Positions 14,897 to 27,399 of a stretch of DNA of 64,000 nucleotides are shown here, one piece after another. The stretch is from NCBI GenBank assembly GCA_951406725.2, contig OX597824.1:83948001-84012000 (forward strand), given 5' to 3'. The stretch is from Octopus vulgaris (taxonomy: Eukaryota). Both the position numbers and the translations under genes were made by a program. The notes under the pieces were generated by a model. The model worked only from the letters and a program-made list of their open reading frames with translations. It searched no databases and was not told the DNA's origin. How positions within the stretch are numbered: position 1 is the stretch's first letter; each line of letters opens with the position of its first letter.

Positions 14897-17010
14897 AGGA
14901 ACAGAATGAGAGAAAAATTGAAATATCTCATGTCAGATAAGGTAGCAGGGGATATGCCATGCCATGCAGGCAGCACCAAAATGTCCCGTTCTCTTCCTTC
15001 GTTCCTCTCTCATTCCCACCAAACTTTGAGGTTGTTTAAAGGGTCATGAACACAGCCTTTTCTTCTTTACTAAAATAAAATAAAAAAAAAGCAATGTGAA
15101 GCTGACCACCAAACATGTTATTATCAGTGAAGGCATGCAGAAATTGTGGCAACTTCATCTTTGTTATATCGCACGCTCGGATGGCGTGCCTTCGCCAATA
15201 ACGTACCTCTACTCAACTACCGAACTCTCACTTCCGGTGACTAGATTGCACAAAATATAAGAGGCCAAAGTGTACGTATGCTGCCATATGTATATGAAAA
15301 TGGGACAAGAACGCAAAACATCCAAACAGATGATACAAAAGTGGGACAAGAAAAAAACACGAACGGGTCATTCGAAGTTTTCTTTCCTCAGTCAAGTTCC
15401 AGATTATCTTTGCAATTTTGGCTGGTTATACTCGAGATTGCTCCAATCTGGCCAACTCCAAGGAAAAATTAAGCTAAGAGCATTATATATGCATGTATGT
15501 ATTTGCAAAAAGAGCTGCTGAATTACACAGCCCTGTGTGCACTTTAACGTCAAATCTAACAATTCCCTATTATGGGAGATATAAACAAAGTGTGACAGGA
15601 ACAAGGATGAGTATTTACAGTCATGAGTTCCATTTCAGCCTCGAGATAAAACTACATATTTATAGAACACAGGAAGATTTATTTCTCAAAGACTTACTGC
15701 TTTGCCAAAAAAAAAAAAAAAATTTAAAAAGAAAAAGAAAGAAAAAATGGATATGAGATAAATATTGCCCTCATATAAATCAGTATAATTCAGGAATGGA
15801 TTAGTTTATTTCCTGAAAGATAACGTAAAATTTTAAAAAATTCTTTCAACACTGGAATATTTTGATGCAAACACATTGGTGGTGCTTTTTGTTTCTGTTG
15901 GCTCGCTGGTAGGGTTGTTAGCATTTTGGACAAAACGCTTAAAGGAATTTATTCCAGCTCTTTATATATTGAGTTCAAATCCCACTGTTGTCAACTTTAC
16001 TTTCATCCTTTTTTGGGGGTGGGTTGGGAGTGGGCTCAAAATAAAGTTCTCGTCAAAGTATTGGAGTTGTTATAATTGAGTAACCCCCCCCCACTTTGAA
16101 ATTGCTAGCCTGGTCGAGCTCGCGATCCTGATGTAGTGAGTTCAATTCCTGGACCGTGCTATGTGTTGTGTTCTTGAACAAGACACTCTGTTTCATGCTG
16201 TTCCAGTTCACTCAGCAGCAGAAATAAGTTGCAACGTCACTGATGCCAAGCTGTATCGGTCTTTGCCTTTACTTTAGATAACATTGGTGGTGTGGAGAAG
16301 AGAGGCCAATATGCATGGACGACTGCTGGTCTTCCATAAACAATCTTGCCTTGACTTATGCCTCAGAGGTTAACTTTCTAAGTGCAATCTCATGGTCATT
16401 CATGACCGAAGCAGGTCTTTACTTTACTGCCAAGATTACCTCTCCCTCTGTTATACTTTTCTATTTCTCCAATCTATACTCTTCTCAGTTGAAGGGTCTC
16501 ATCTTGTGGATACTTAGTGACCTCACCTATGCTGACCCCACATAAAAAGCATCCAGTACACTCTGTTAAGTGGTTAGCATTAGGAAGGGCATCAAACTGT
16601 AGAAACCTTGCCAAAGTGGACATAGAACATGGTGGAACTCTCTAACCCATCAGTTTTTGTCAAACCATCCAACCCATGCCAGCATGGAAAAAAGGGTGCT
16701 AAATGGTGATGAAGATGGTGATGATGATGGTGGTGATGATGATGGTGGTGATGGTGATGGTAGGATAAGCTGGTAGAATCGTTAGCGTGTCAGAAAAAAT
16801 GCTTAGTACCAATTTTCCAGCTCTTTACCTGCTAAGCTCAAATCTCACCAAGATCATCCTTTAAAGGGTTGATAATATGAGTTACCAGTCAAGTACAGGG
16901 GTCATTATAATTCAACTAACTCCACCCAACCAATTTACTAATCTTGTGCCAAAATTTGAATCAATGTATTTTCGTTGTATTTGTATTTGTTTTTTTGTTA
17001 TGTTTTGTAG

Positions 17011-17235
17011 ATTATTCCAGCAATCACGAACTATGTGTCTGAAAAACTGGGCAAAAAATTCATCGAACCACCACCATTTGATTTAGCAAAGAGCTTCACA
17101 GATTCTAATTCTTGTTCACCCCTGATATTTATTTTATCTCCCGGAGCTGATCCTACAATGAGCTTGCTTAAATTTGCTGAAGACAAAGGATTCGGAGGCA
17201 AAAAGTTTCAATCCATCTCACTTGGACAAGGACAG
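17011..17235 (+). CDS. DNAH12: Dynein heavy chain exon B (start of AAA6/D6 P-loop domain)
   Basis: ttttgtAG|ATT ... CAG|GTATG, 225 nt, phase 0/0. IIPAITNYVSEKLGKKFIEPPPFDLAKSFTDSNSCSPLIFILSPGADPTMSLLKFAEDKGFGGKKFQSISLGQGQ; motifs EPPPFDL, PLIFxLSPGADP, SLGQGQ. 'PAITNYV..KLGKKF' resembles DNAH12. Confidence 0.95.
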
Positions 17236-17292
17236 GTATGGCTCAAAATCTCTTTCCTTGTTTTCCTTTTGACAATTTATTAATCAAATATA

Positions 17293-17328
<36 letters not shown>

Positions 17329-19847
17329 TTTCTATATATTACATATGAGTGGCTGTATGGTAAGTAGCTTGCTTACCAAGCTCATGGTTACGGGTTCTGA
17401 CCCACTGCGTGGCACCTTGGGCAAGTATCTTCTACTATAGTCTCAGGCCTTGTGAGTGGATTTGGTAGACGGAAACTGAAAGAAGCCCATCGTATATATG
17501 TATGTGTGTGTATATCTTTGTATGTTTGTCTTTGTCTCCCCAACATCGCTCAACAACCGATGCTGGGGTGTTTATGTCCCCATAACTTAGCAGTTTTGCA
17601 AAAGACCGATAGAATAAGTACTAGGCTTACAAAGAATAAGTCCTGGGGTCAATTTGCTTGACAAAGGCGGTACTCCAGAATGCCTGCAGTCAAATGACTG
17701 AAACAGGTAAAAGAATAAAAGAATAAAATCCCTCACTGCCTTGTGAATGCCTTGAAAAGGAAAAGGTTTATGGATTCAACCTCAGCAGTAAATCGAGGAC
17801 TGGAGCCCCTCAGGTAGACTACTGTGGAGGCAAGTGGTTTAGTTGGTTAGGGTGTTGGACTCATGATCATAAGATTGTGGTTTTGATTCCTGGGTCAGGC
17901 AACCTGTAGTGTTCTTGAACAAAACACTTCATTTTATGTTGCTCTAGTCCACTCACCTGGAAAAAATGTGTAATCCTGCATAATCCTGTATAAATTTCCT
18001 GTCAAGGTGGAGAATTTATACACCATGAAACCAGGAAACTGGCCCTTATGAGTTGGCATAGCGTGAGAAGGTAACTTTACCTTTTTAGATTTAGGTAGAC
18101 TACTGCCCTCTTTGACACTCTCCCAGCAACTCCAAGATTGGTGAAGCTTTCCCACCCTCTAAAGCAATTTCTGTCCAATGAAGGCCACTCCAATGTAAAA
18201 CCTGCAACTTGATGGTCACTGCAACTGTCTTAGCCTACTGAGACACTGTGATCAGACCTCCAAGTCTAAAAAATGGCTTTGGGTTGTGCAGACTGACTAT
18301 CACTTTAAAAGATTTACTAATCTTGTGCCAAAATTTGAATCAATGTATTTTCGTTGTATTTGTATTTGTTTTTTTGTTATGTTTTGCAAAAAGAAAAGCA
18401 TCACTGCACCATGGATTGGCTTACATAGCTATTTGAGAGAATGTCACTCTTTCTCATAACTTTTGGAAAAGGTAAAACTGTATACTCCTTTTACTTGTTT
18501 CAGTCATTTGACTGTGGCCATGCTGGAGCACCACCTTCAGTCGAGCAAATCGACCCCAGGACTTATTCTTTGTAAGCCTAGTACATATTTTATCGGACCC
18601 CTTTGCTGAACCGCTAAGTTATGGGGACGTAAACACACCAGCATTGGTTGTCAAGCGATGTTGGGGAGGACAAACACACACACACGCATATATATACATA
18701 TATATGACGGGCTTCTTTCAGTTTCCATCTACCAAATCCACTCACAAGGCTTTGGTTCGCTTGAGGCTATAGAAGACACTTGCCCAGGTACCACACAATG
18801 GGACTGAATCCGGAACCATATGGTTGGTAAGCAAGCTACTTACCACACAGCCACTCCTGTGCCTATATGGTTTAGTGGTTAGTGTATGTATATATATCTT
18901 TTATCTTTTACTAGTGGCCATGCTGGGGCACCACCTTGAAGAATTTTTAGTCAAATGAATCAACCCCAGGACTTATTTCTTTAAAGCCTGGTACTTATTC
19001 TATCAGTCTCTTTTGCCAAACTGCTAAGTTACGGGGATGTAAACACACCAGCACAAAGACAAAGAAAGACACACGCACACACACACATATACATATATGA
19101 CGGGCTTCGTTCTATTTCCATCTACCATATCTGCTCACAAGTCTTTGGTTGGCCCAAGGCTATCGTAGAAGGTTCCATACAGTGGGACAGAGCCTGAAGA
19201 CATGTGGTTGGGAAGCAAGCTTCTTACCACACAGCCACACCTGAACCCATATGTATGTAATCAATATAGTCAGAATACTAAATCTAAGGATCACTCCTAA
19301 GTATTTTAACTGAGTGCACGAAAGGGGTTTACTTCACAAAAACAACAATGAGGAATACACTACAGGATTGCCAGACCTGCTATAAAAAGCAGTTAAATCA
19401 CCCTTCAATCATACTGAGCAGTCTTTGAGTCTTCATGAAATAATGTAGTCTTACTCAACTTTAAAAAGGATAAGATGGTCACTACTGGAACGCCTTTAAT
19501 CATAGGTCTAGTGGATCAGAGCTGACCTGGGGCTAAACAATAATAACATATCAATGTTTTTGTTTTGTTGATGTTATTGTATAACACCAAGTCATCTCAT
19601 AATCAAATGCATTCCAGCCATGACCATCCCTTCTTTCTTAAGCATCATGTACCCTGAACTACATTAGCAAAAACATGTACATTGTTAAGCCATTTGGGTG
19701 TGATTTGGGGTAGATTTGACTGCTATTTCTAGCAAGTCATGTGACCACATTAAGGCTCTTTCTTGGAGAAGCTTTTAGCATTAAGATCTGTTGGAAGCTA
19801 TTAGTTTTCATTGGCTTTTTCAATGCATTTTAAGTATAATTTTTCTT

Positions 19848-19878
<31 letters not shown>

Positions 19879-19973
19879 CCTGTGTTTATATATGCAAACA
19901 CAAACACATTTGCACGCATATAAATCAAATCAGAATATTTGTTGAGAAACAAAAATATACACCACTACTACTC

Positions 19974-20015
<42 letters not shown>

Positions 20016-20058
20016 TTTCTATATCTGTTGTTGCTGAATATCCAAATTCTTTCCACAG

Positions 20059-20238
20059 GGTCCTATTGCAGCAAAGATGATTGCTGTGGCTAAATCAGAG
20101 GGCCACTGGGTCTTGTTGCAGAACTGCCATTTAGCCGTGTCTTGGATGGACGCTATGGAAAAGATCTGTGAGGAGTTAAATCCTGAAGACACGGCTCCAG
20201 ACTTCCGACTCTGGTTGACCAGTTATCCCTCCCCAAAG
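20059..20238 (+). CDS. DNAH12: Dynein heavy chain exon C (AAA6)
   Basis: ttctttccacAG|GGT ... AAG|GTAAAT, 180 nt. [60 protein letters not shown] (WxxLQNCHL, FRLWLTS). Confidence 0.95.
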
Positions 20239-20293
20239 GTAAATGAAACAAGTCTTGTTATGATTTCATTGATGTTCTTCTGTTTGTATTATT

Positions 20294-20622
20294 GGGGGGA
20301 GCATTCCATCGGTTACGACGACGAGGGTCCCAGCTGACAACGATCAACGGAACAGTCTGCTCGTGAAATTAACGTGCAAGTGGCTGAGCAATCCCCAGAC
20401 ACGCGTACCACTAACATAGTTCTCAGGGAGATTCAGCGTGACACAAAGTGTGACAAAGCTGGCCCTTTGAAATACAGGTACCACTCATTTTTGCCAGCTG
20501 AGTGGACTGGAGCAACGTGAAATAAAGTGTCTTGCTCAAGGACACAACGCGTCGCCGGGAATCGAACTCACGACCTTACAATCATGAGCCGAATGCCCTA
20601 ACCACTAAGCCACGCGCCTTCA
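20294..20622 (-). mobile_element. SINE family D (tRNA head, TGTGTCCTTGAGCAAGACACTT central domain)
   Basis: Minus strand reads GGCGCGTGGCTTAGTGGTTAG (A box) ... GAGTTCGATTCC (B box). Other copies at about 16110-16420(+), 29640-29955(-), 54342-54730(-, with a 32-bp unit x3 at 54445-54535), 58540-58750(+). Confidence 0.8.
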
Positions 20623-20644
20623 CCGTTTGTATTATTATGACAGT

Positions 20645-22310
20645 GGGAAAGGCAGTGAGCTAGCAGAATCATCAGCATGCGGGAAGGCGGCGACCTGGCA
20701 GAAACGTTAGCATGCTGGGCGAAATGCTTAGCGGTATTTCGTCTACCGCTATGTTCTGAGTTCAAATTCTGCCGAGGTCGACTTTGCCTTTCATCATTTC
20801 GGGGTCGATTAAATAAGTACCAGTTACGCACTGGGGTCGATATAATCGACTTAATCCGTTTGTCTGTCCTTGTTTGTCCTCTCTGTGTTTAGCCCCTTGT
20901 GGGTAGTAAAGAAATAGGTATTTCATCTGCCACTACGTTCTGAGTTCAAATTCCGCCGAAGTCGACTTTGCTTTTCATCCTTTTGGGGGTCGATTAAATA
21001 AGTACCCGTTTCGCACTGGGGTCGATATAATTGACTTAATCCATTTGTCTGTCCTTCTTTGACCCTTCTGTGTTTAGCCCCTTGTGGGTAGTAAAGAAAT
21101 AGGTATTTTGTCTGCCATTACGTTCTGAGTTCAAATTCTGCCAAGATCAACTTTGTTTTTCATCCTTTCAGGGTCGATAAATTAAGTTCCAGTTACACAC
21201 TGGGGTCGATATAATCGACTTATCCTCCTTCCCCCAAAATTGCTACCCTTGTGGCAAAATTTGAAACCCTTATTAATGACAGTGGAGAATCATTAGCATG
21301 CTTGACAATGATGCTTAGCAACATTTCATCTATGTTTACGTTCTGAGTTGATATTCTGTTGGGGTCGACTCTGCCTTTCGTCCTTTCGGGGTCGATTTAT
21401 TAGGTACTAGTTGAGCACTTGAGTCAATGTAATTGACCTGCCTCTTACCCTGATATTGTTGGTCTTGTGCCAAAATTTGAAAGCATTTTTGTGATGGTGG
21501 ATTAAGGCAGTGCGGTGGCAGAATGGTAAGCATGTCTGACAAAATGGTTAGCAGCATTTTATCTGTGTTTATGTTCTGATTTGCTTATTCTGAGTTCTGA
21601 TTTCATATTCTTCTAAGGTTGACTTTGTGTTTTGTCCTTTTGGGGTCAGTAAAATAAGTACCAGTTGAACACTGAGGTTGATGTAATCGACAAACCACTA
21701 TCCACAAATTTTAGGCTTTGTGTCTATTCAAAAAAGAATTATTACAACAATAGATAAAGCAGGGGGCTGGAAGAATTTTTATCGTGTCAGACAAAATGCT
21801 TAGTGGCCTTTATGTTATGGTTCAAATTCCGCTGACATTGGCTTTGCCTTTCATCCCTTCAGGGTCAATGAAATAAATACCATTTGTGCACTGGGGTTGA
21901 TGTAATTAATTACACCCTGTCTCCTAAAACTTCAGGCCTGGTGTCTAGAGTAGAAGGAATTATTATGACAGTGGATTAGACAAAGAGGTAGTTGAATTGT
22001 TAGCACTTTGGACAAAAATGCTTAGCAGCTTTTCATCTATCTTTACACTATAAGTTCAAATTCTGCAAGGGTCAATTTTACTGCTCAGCCTTTCAGGGTC
22101 GGTGAAATAAGTATCAGTCAGGTACTGGGGTTGATATAATCAACTAGCTTCCTCCCCTAAAATTTCAGACCTTGTGACTATAATAGAAAGGATTATTAAG
22201 GCATTGAGCTGGCAGAGTCATTAGTACACTTGACAAAATGCTTTGTAGCATGGTATCCATCTTTATGTTCTGAGTTCAATCCACCTTTTATCCTTTTGAG
22301 GTCAATGTGC
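20645..22310 (+). mobile_element. Head-to-tail cluster of SINE family B copies
   Basis: Repeated GAGTTCAAATTCYGCCGAGGTCGACTTTGCCTTTCATCCTTTCGGGGTCGATTAAATAAGTACCAG; the core resembles the Meta/Sauria-SINE central domain as I recall it. Further copies at 7320-7752(-), 24934-25160(+), 26760-26997(+), 32078-32297(-), 44185-44400(+), 47170-47641(+, two), 51655-52053(-, three), 53959-54177(+), 62055-62268(-). Confidence 0.85.
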
Positions 22311-22430
22311 AGGGCCGGATTAAGACCCATAGAGGCACTAAGCACTCAAAAGGCACACTGCCCCTCATGAAGGTTACTGCTAGCTCTCACTGCATACCTT
22401 GTGTACTACAGAACTAGTCCAGGAACTATA

Positions 22431-23122
22431 CAGTGGGTGCATAATTATTGCAGACTTTTCTCACCAAATTTTATTCAACAAAAACAATAACAACATGTAA
22501 CAAAAACATCTTTAAATTATTATTCCGGAGCATATTCACCATCTACTTCAATTACTGCTTCCCATTTGCTTGGCGGATGGTCAGACCATCATTTAAAGAT
22601 CATCATCATCGTTTAACATCCGCTTTCCATGCTAGCATGGGTTGGACGATTTGATGCACCAGATGGCTGCACCAGACTCCAGTCTGATTTGGCAGAGTTT
22701 CCACTGCTGGATGCCCTTCCTAACGCCAACCACTCCGAGAGTGTAGTGGGTGCTTTTACGTGCCACTGGCACGAGGGCCAGTCAGGCAGTACTGGCAATG
22801 GCCATGCTCAGATGGTGCTTTTTATGTGCCACCTGCACAGGAGCCAGTCGAGCAGCACTGGCAACAACCTCGCTTCAAATGTTTTTCATGTGTCACCAGC
22901 ACAGGTGCTAGTAAGGCGACACAGGTAACGATCACGCTCGAATGGTGTTTTTTAACGTGCCATCAGCACGGAGGCCAGCTTGTTGCTCTGGCAACGATCT
23001 CGCTCGTATGGTACTCTTAGCACTCCACTAGCACGGGTGCCAGTCGTTTTTGTGAAATATTGTTATTGTTTTTGTTGAATAAAATTTGTTGAAAAAAAGC
23101 CGCTATAATTATGCACCAACCC
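22431..23122. mobile_element. Degraded Tc1-like MITE with an RTE-tail insertion (22600-23045)
   Basis: TA|CAGTGGGTGC start; ~70-bp inverted repeats at 22436-22507 and 23046-23117. Confidence 0.65.
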
Positions 23123-23350
23123 AATAGTTAGCATGCTACAGAGCTAGTCTTGGAACTAGTTATCTACAGAACTAGTTCAGGAATTTTTTGATACCACCTC
23201 ATTTAATACCAGAAAATGTTTGTCCTCCCCCAAATAGCAACAACAAGAACAAAAAACAAGAACACACAATGCTGCACACGCCTTAGCAACACAGAAGTGG
23301 TAGCATGTAATGCAGTAGAAATTTGCCTGAAACTTATTGAATGTTGACTC

Positions 23351-23406
<56 letters not shown>

Positions 23407-23422
23407 TATTTTTTTGTGATAG

Positions 23423-23563
23423 TTTCCAGTAACAGTGCTACAAAATGGAGTGAAAATGACTAATGAACCACCAACTGGGCTCCGACAAAATCTACTCCAG
23501 TCTTATCTCACAGATCCAATCAGTGATCCAGTGTTCTTCCATAATGCCAAAGGCAAAGAATTG
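23423..23563 (+). CDS. DNAH12: Dynein heavy chain exon D (end of AAA6); too short for the ORF track
   Basis: ttttgtgatAG|TTT ... TTG|GTAAGC, 141 nt. [47 protein letters not shown], in frame with exons C and E. Confidence 0.95.
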
Positions 23564-23679
23564 GTAAGCTGAAAAAAATGTCAGACATTTATTTACTTTT
23601 TTCTTTTTCTTTTTTTAATTTATTATAAATTAACTTTTAATATAGCTAATGGTTTTGAGTCATGAAAGAATTGTAGTAG

Positions 23680-24005
23680 AGAGTGAGTGAAGGGATTATA
23701 CTTGAGTGTAAGTTAAGAGTTATAGTTGAGGGTGGGTGACAGGGTTATCGATGACTCTGAGTGGGAATGTTATAGTTGAGTGCGAGTGAATGGTATTATA
23801 GTTAGAGTTGAGTAGAAGTGTTATTGTTGACGGTGAGTGGGGTGATGTAGTTGAGAGTGAGTGAAGGAGTTATTGATGACATTGAGTGAAAGGGTTATAA
23901 TTCAGTGTGAGTGAATGGTATGGTATCATAGCTGAGGTTGAGTGGTGGGGGTTTTATAGCTCAGGGTGAGTGAAAGGTGTTATGGTTGGAGTGTCATTTA
24001 GGTTT
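23680..24005. repeat. Degenerate ~25-bp minisatellite (GAGTGAnnGGnnTTATAGTT-like)
   Basis: Recurring GAGTGA...TTATAGTTGAG units directly after exon D. Confidence 0.75.
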
Positions 24006-26018
24006 GAGTTAAATATTTTTTTCTTTCTTAATTGATGAAATGAGATGTAGCAGTACTCATGGTCTTTACTGATGCTCCAAGAGAGGTAAAACTAATGCAG
24101 TTAATGTTCAAATTAAACAATTACCCATGATGGTATTCGAACTTGCTTCATTCTGATTCAAAACTAAATGTGATCGTTACCAGTGTCGCCTTACTGGCAC
24201 TTGTGCCTGTGCTAGTAGGGTGCCAAGAGCACCATCCGAGCGTGATCGTTGCTAGAGCAGCCAACTGGCTTCCGTGCCGGTGGCACATAAAAGGGCACCA
24301 TTCGAGTGTGATCGTTACGAATGTTGCCTTACTGGCACCTGTGCCGGTGGCATGTGTAAAAAGATTTGAGCGAGGTCATTGCCAGTACTGCCTGATTGGC
24401 CCCCATGCCGGTGGCACCTAAAAAGTACCCACAACACTCTCGGAGTGGTTGGCGTTAGGACGGGCATCCAGCTGTAGAAACTCTGCCAGATCAAGATTGG
24501 AGCCTGGTGCAGCCATCTGGTTCGACAGCCCTCAGTCAAAATTGTCCAACCCATGCTAGCATGGAAAGCAGATGTTAAACAATGATGATGATGATACCCA
24601 AGAAGACCCGACCTCCGCAGCAGAAGTGTAAATTCCACTCCCCCTGATGAAGAGTATTGGTCTGCAAGAGCCCTGTGCAGGTGCCATGTAAAAGCAGGCC
24701 ATGCTGGCGTTACATAAAAGCACTCATGTTGGTGCTATGCTAAAAGCACCCAGCACACTCTGTAAAGTGGTTGGTGTTAGGAAGGGAATCCAGCCATAGC
24801 AACCATGCCGAATCAGACTGGAGCCTGGTGCAGCTCTGCAGTTTGCCAGCTCTAGTCAAACTGTCCAACTCATGCCAGCATGGAAAACAGATGTTAAAGG
24901 AGGAGGCAGAGGATGATGGCATTGACAACAATAAGGCGGTGAGCTGGCAGAAATGTTAGCACTCCGGGCGAAATGCTTAGGAGTATTTCGTCTGCCGCTA
25001 CGTTCTGAGTTCAAATTCTGCCAAGGTCGACTTTGCCTTTCATCCTTTCGGGGTCGATTAAATAAGTATGCACTGGGGTCGATGTAATCGACTTAATCCG
25101 TTTGTCTGTCCTTGTTTGTCCCCTCTGTGTTTAGCCCCTTGTGGTTAGTAAAGAAATAGGCATTGACAACAACAGTGTATTACCAAATGTAGAGTGTGTA
25201 CCTGTTGATACAACAGTGGTTGAATGTTCTGAAGAGGTGGAAGAAGGAAATTTTAGGAGTGGGAGTTTATAATATAGAAATTTCTGGTGAAATGGAATTA
25301 ACACAGAAGTGTAAAGATGTCCATAGAAAGTGCATAAGGCCCACAGTGGATTAATATGTTCTCAGTGAGAGAGAAGGTTCAAATAGGTAGAACAAAACAA
25401 AGATAATGTTAAAGTATGTATGGAAAACTCACCATAAACATTTTTGCCATGGGAAAACTTGCTGTAAGAAAACTTTTGGCCATATCAGAAAATTCACTAC
25501 AAGACAAATTCACCGTATGAACAATGATAAAGTGTAATTACATCAGCATTTCTGTTTTTTGAAAAAGAATAATTTTTATATAAGCATTAAATAGGCAAGT
25601 CTTATTCAACATCAATCCTTAAAAAAGTGTGATAAGGTCATTTAAAATGCATGAAAATTCCAACCAATGTTGCACAAATAATGTAGCTTTAGCTGCTGAT
25701 TGTATCAAAGCATTTGTCTCTCAAGTTTTGCATTAACATCGCTGTATTTTTTCTTCATTGCATCTCCTCAATCTAAATCACACTATTTTCTTTTTCATTA
25801 AACTTTCTTCCTTTTACAAATAACTTATGAGTTTCCAGATAGTTGGACGCATGTTTCTAAAATGCGTTTTGTATTACTCTGTGGAAGATTTCTATACTGT
25901 TGTTTGCTACATTCTGATTCAATGTTAAATGCTGTATCTACATTCAAGAAGCATTCAATCCACACTGTAAAGTGGTTGTCATTTGGGAGTGCATCCATCT
26001 GTAAAAAATCATGCCAAA

Positions 26019-26377
26019 ACAATAACTCTGAGCACCTTTTCAAACTCCACCTGTCTAACACCCGTGGACATGTTTACAAAGTCAGAAAACAGCACAGCTC
26101 CCATGACTTTCGGAAACATTTTTTCACGCTACGAGTTGTTGAAGCATGGAACAAACTGCCGGCATCAGTTGTTAGTTGTCGAAGCACTGCATCCTTCAAA
26201 ACTTCCATGCTTCCTGAGATTCGCCAACATTACACCTGATTTTCTCCCCTCCATACACACGCAAGCATGTATCTGATTCATACACTGTTCACTTTCCAGA
26301 CATTTGTACATTGCTGCATATGCTTTACACGCACTTTTGACAAGTTGTGGTACACCTGAGCACTGTATACAATAATT

Positions 26378-26421
<44 letters not shown>
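26019..26421 (+). mobile_element. 5'-truncated CR1-clade LINE 3' end
   Basis: NTRGHVYKVRKQHSSHDFRKHFFTLRVVEAWNKLPASVVSCRSTASFK matches the CR1 ORF2 C-terminal motif (TRGH..K...RK.FF..RVV..WN.LP); followed by a 3'UTR and an (ATT)n tail. Confidence 0.85.
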
Positions 26422-26423
<2 letters not shown>

Positions 26424-27399
26424 AACTGCCTTTCATCCTTTTGAGGTCGATTAAATAAGTACCAGTTGTACACTGGGGTTGATGTAATTGACTTAATCCC
26501 TTTTTATGTCCTTGTTTGTCCCCTCTATGTTTAACCCCCTGTGGGTAATAAAGAAATAAATAGTGGTATTGGTGATGAAGATAAAGATGATAATGATGGT
26601 ATTTGTGGTGGAGGTGGTATCAATGACGCAATGATGACAACTACGACAATGGAAGCAAAATTCATGTTGAGACAGTCATCGAATGCAGTGCTCAATTACA
26701 AAAACACATCTGCTAATTAAAGAAGTAGCTCTGAAAGTGAGTGAATGGTATTATGGTCAAAGGCGTCGAGCTGGCAGAAACGTTAGCATGATGGGCGAAA
26801 TGCGTAGCCGTATTTCGTCTGCTGTTAAGTTCTGTGTTCAAATTCCGCCGAGGTCAACTTTGCCTTTCATCCCTTCGGGGTCGATTAAATAAGTACCAGT
26901 TACGCACTGGGGTCGATGTAATCGACTTAATCCGTTTGTCTGTCCTCGTTTGTCCCCTCTGTGTTTACCCCCTTGTGGGTAGTAAAGAAATAGGTATTAT
27001 GGTCAAAGAGAGTGAATGGTATTGGTGTGAGAGGCATTACCCAAAGAAGGAAGGTCAGTATTCATAACTAGAGAAGTAGCGCCAACATGGGATGGACAGA
27101 CAGTGCTATCTATGAGATGAAGAGAAGGAAGTGAAGTGTATAGGCTCTACCTCTCCATGATAGATAGTGTACATAGTAGAAGAGGCAGCACCCTTATCAG
27201 TTGAAGTAGAGCTTGTAGGGAGAGCGGAACAATTAGCTGTATGTACTGTGTCCTTCCTTAAAATGACAGAGTGTGATTTAGGGGCAAGATTTAGCTGCTA
27301 CTTCGAACAAGTTAAGCAAACATATGGCAGTTCCTACTTGTTGTAATTGGTTGTGGTTGTGATAGGGTTGTGATATCATGTGATGAAAGAGGCTATCAT

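Noticed and set aside
20545-20622. tRNA-like sequence with A and B boxes (also heads of families A and B)
   Set aside because: No proper acceptor stem, and it continues into a multi-copy SINE body; a SINE head, not a tRNA gene.
24644-24672. CTGATGA as another hammerhead core
   Set aside because: No downstream GAAA with a closing stem II.
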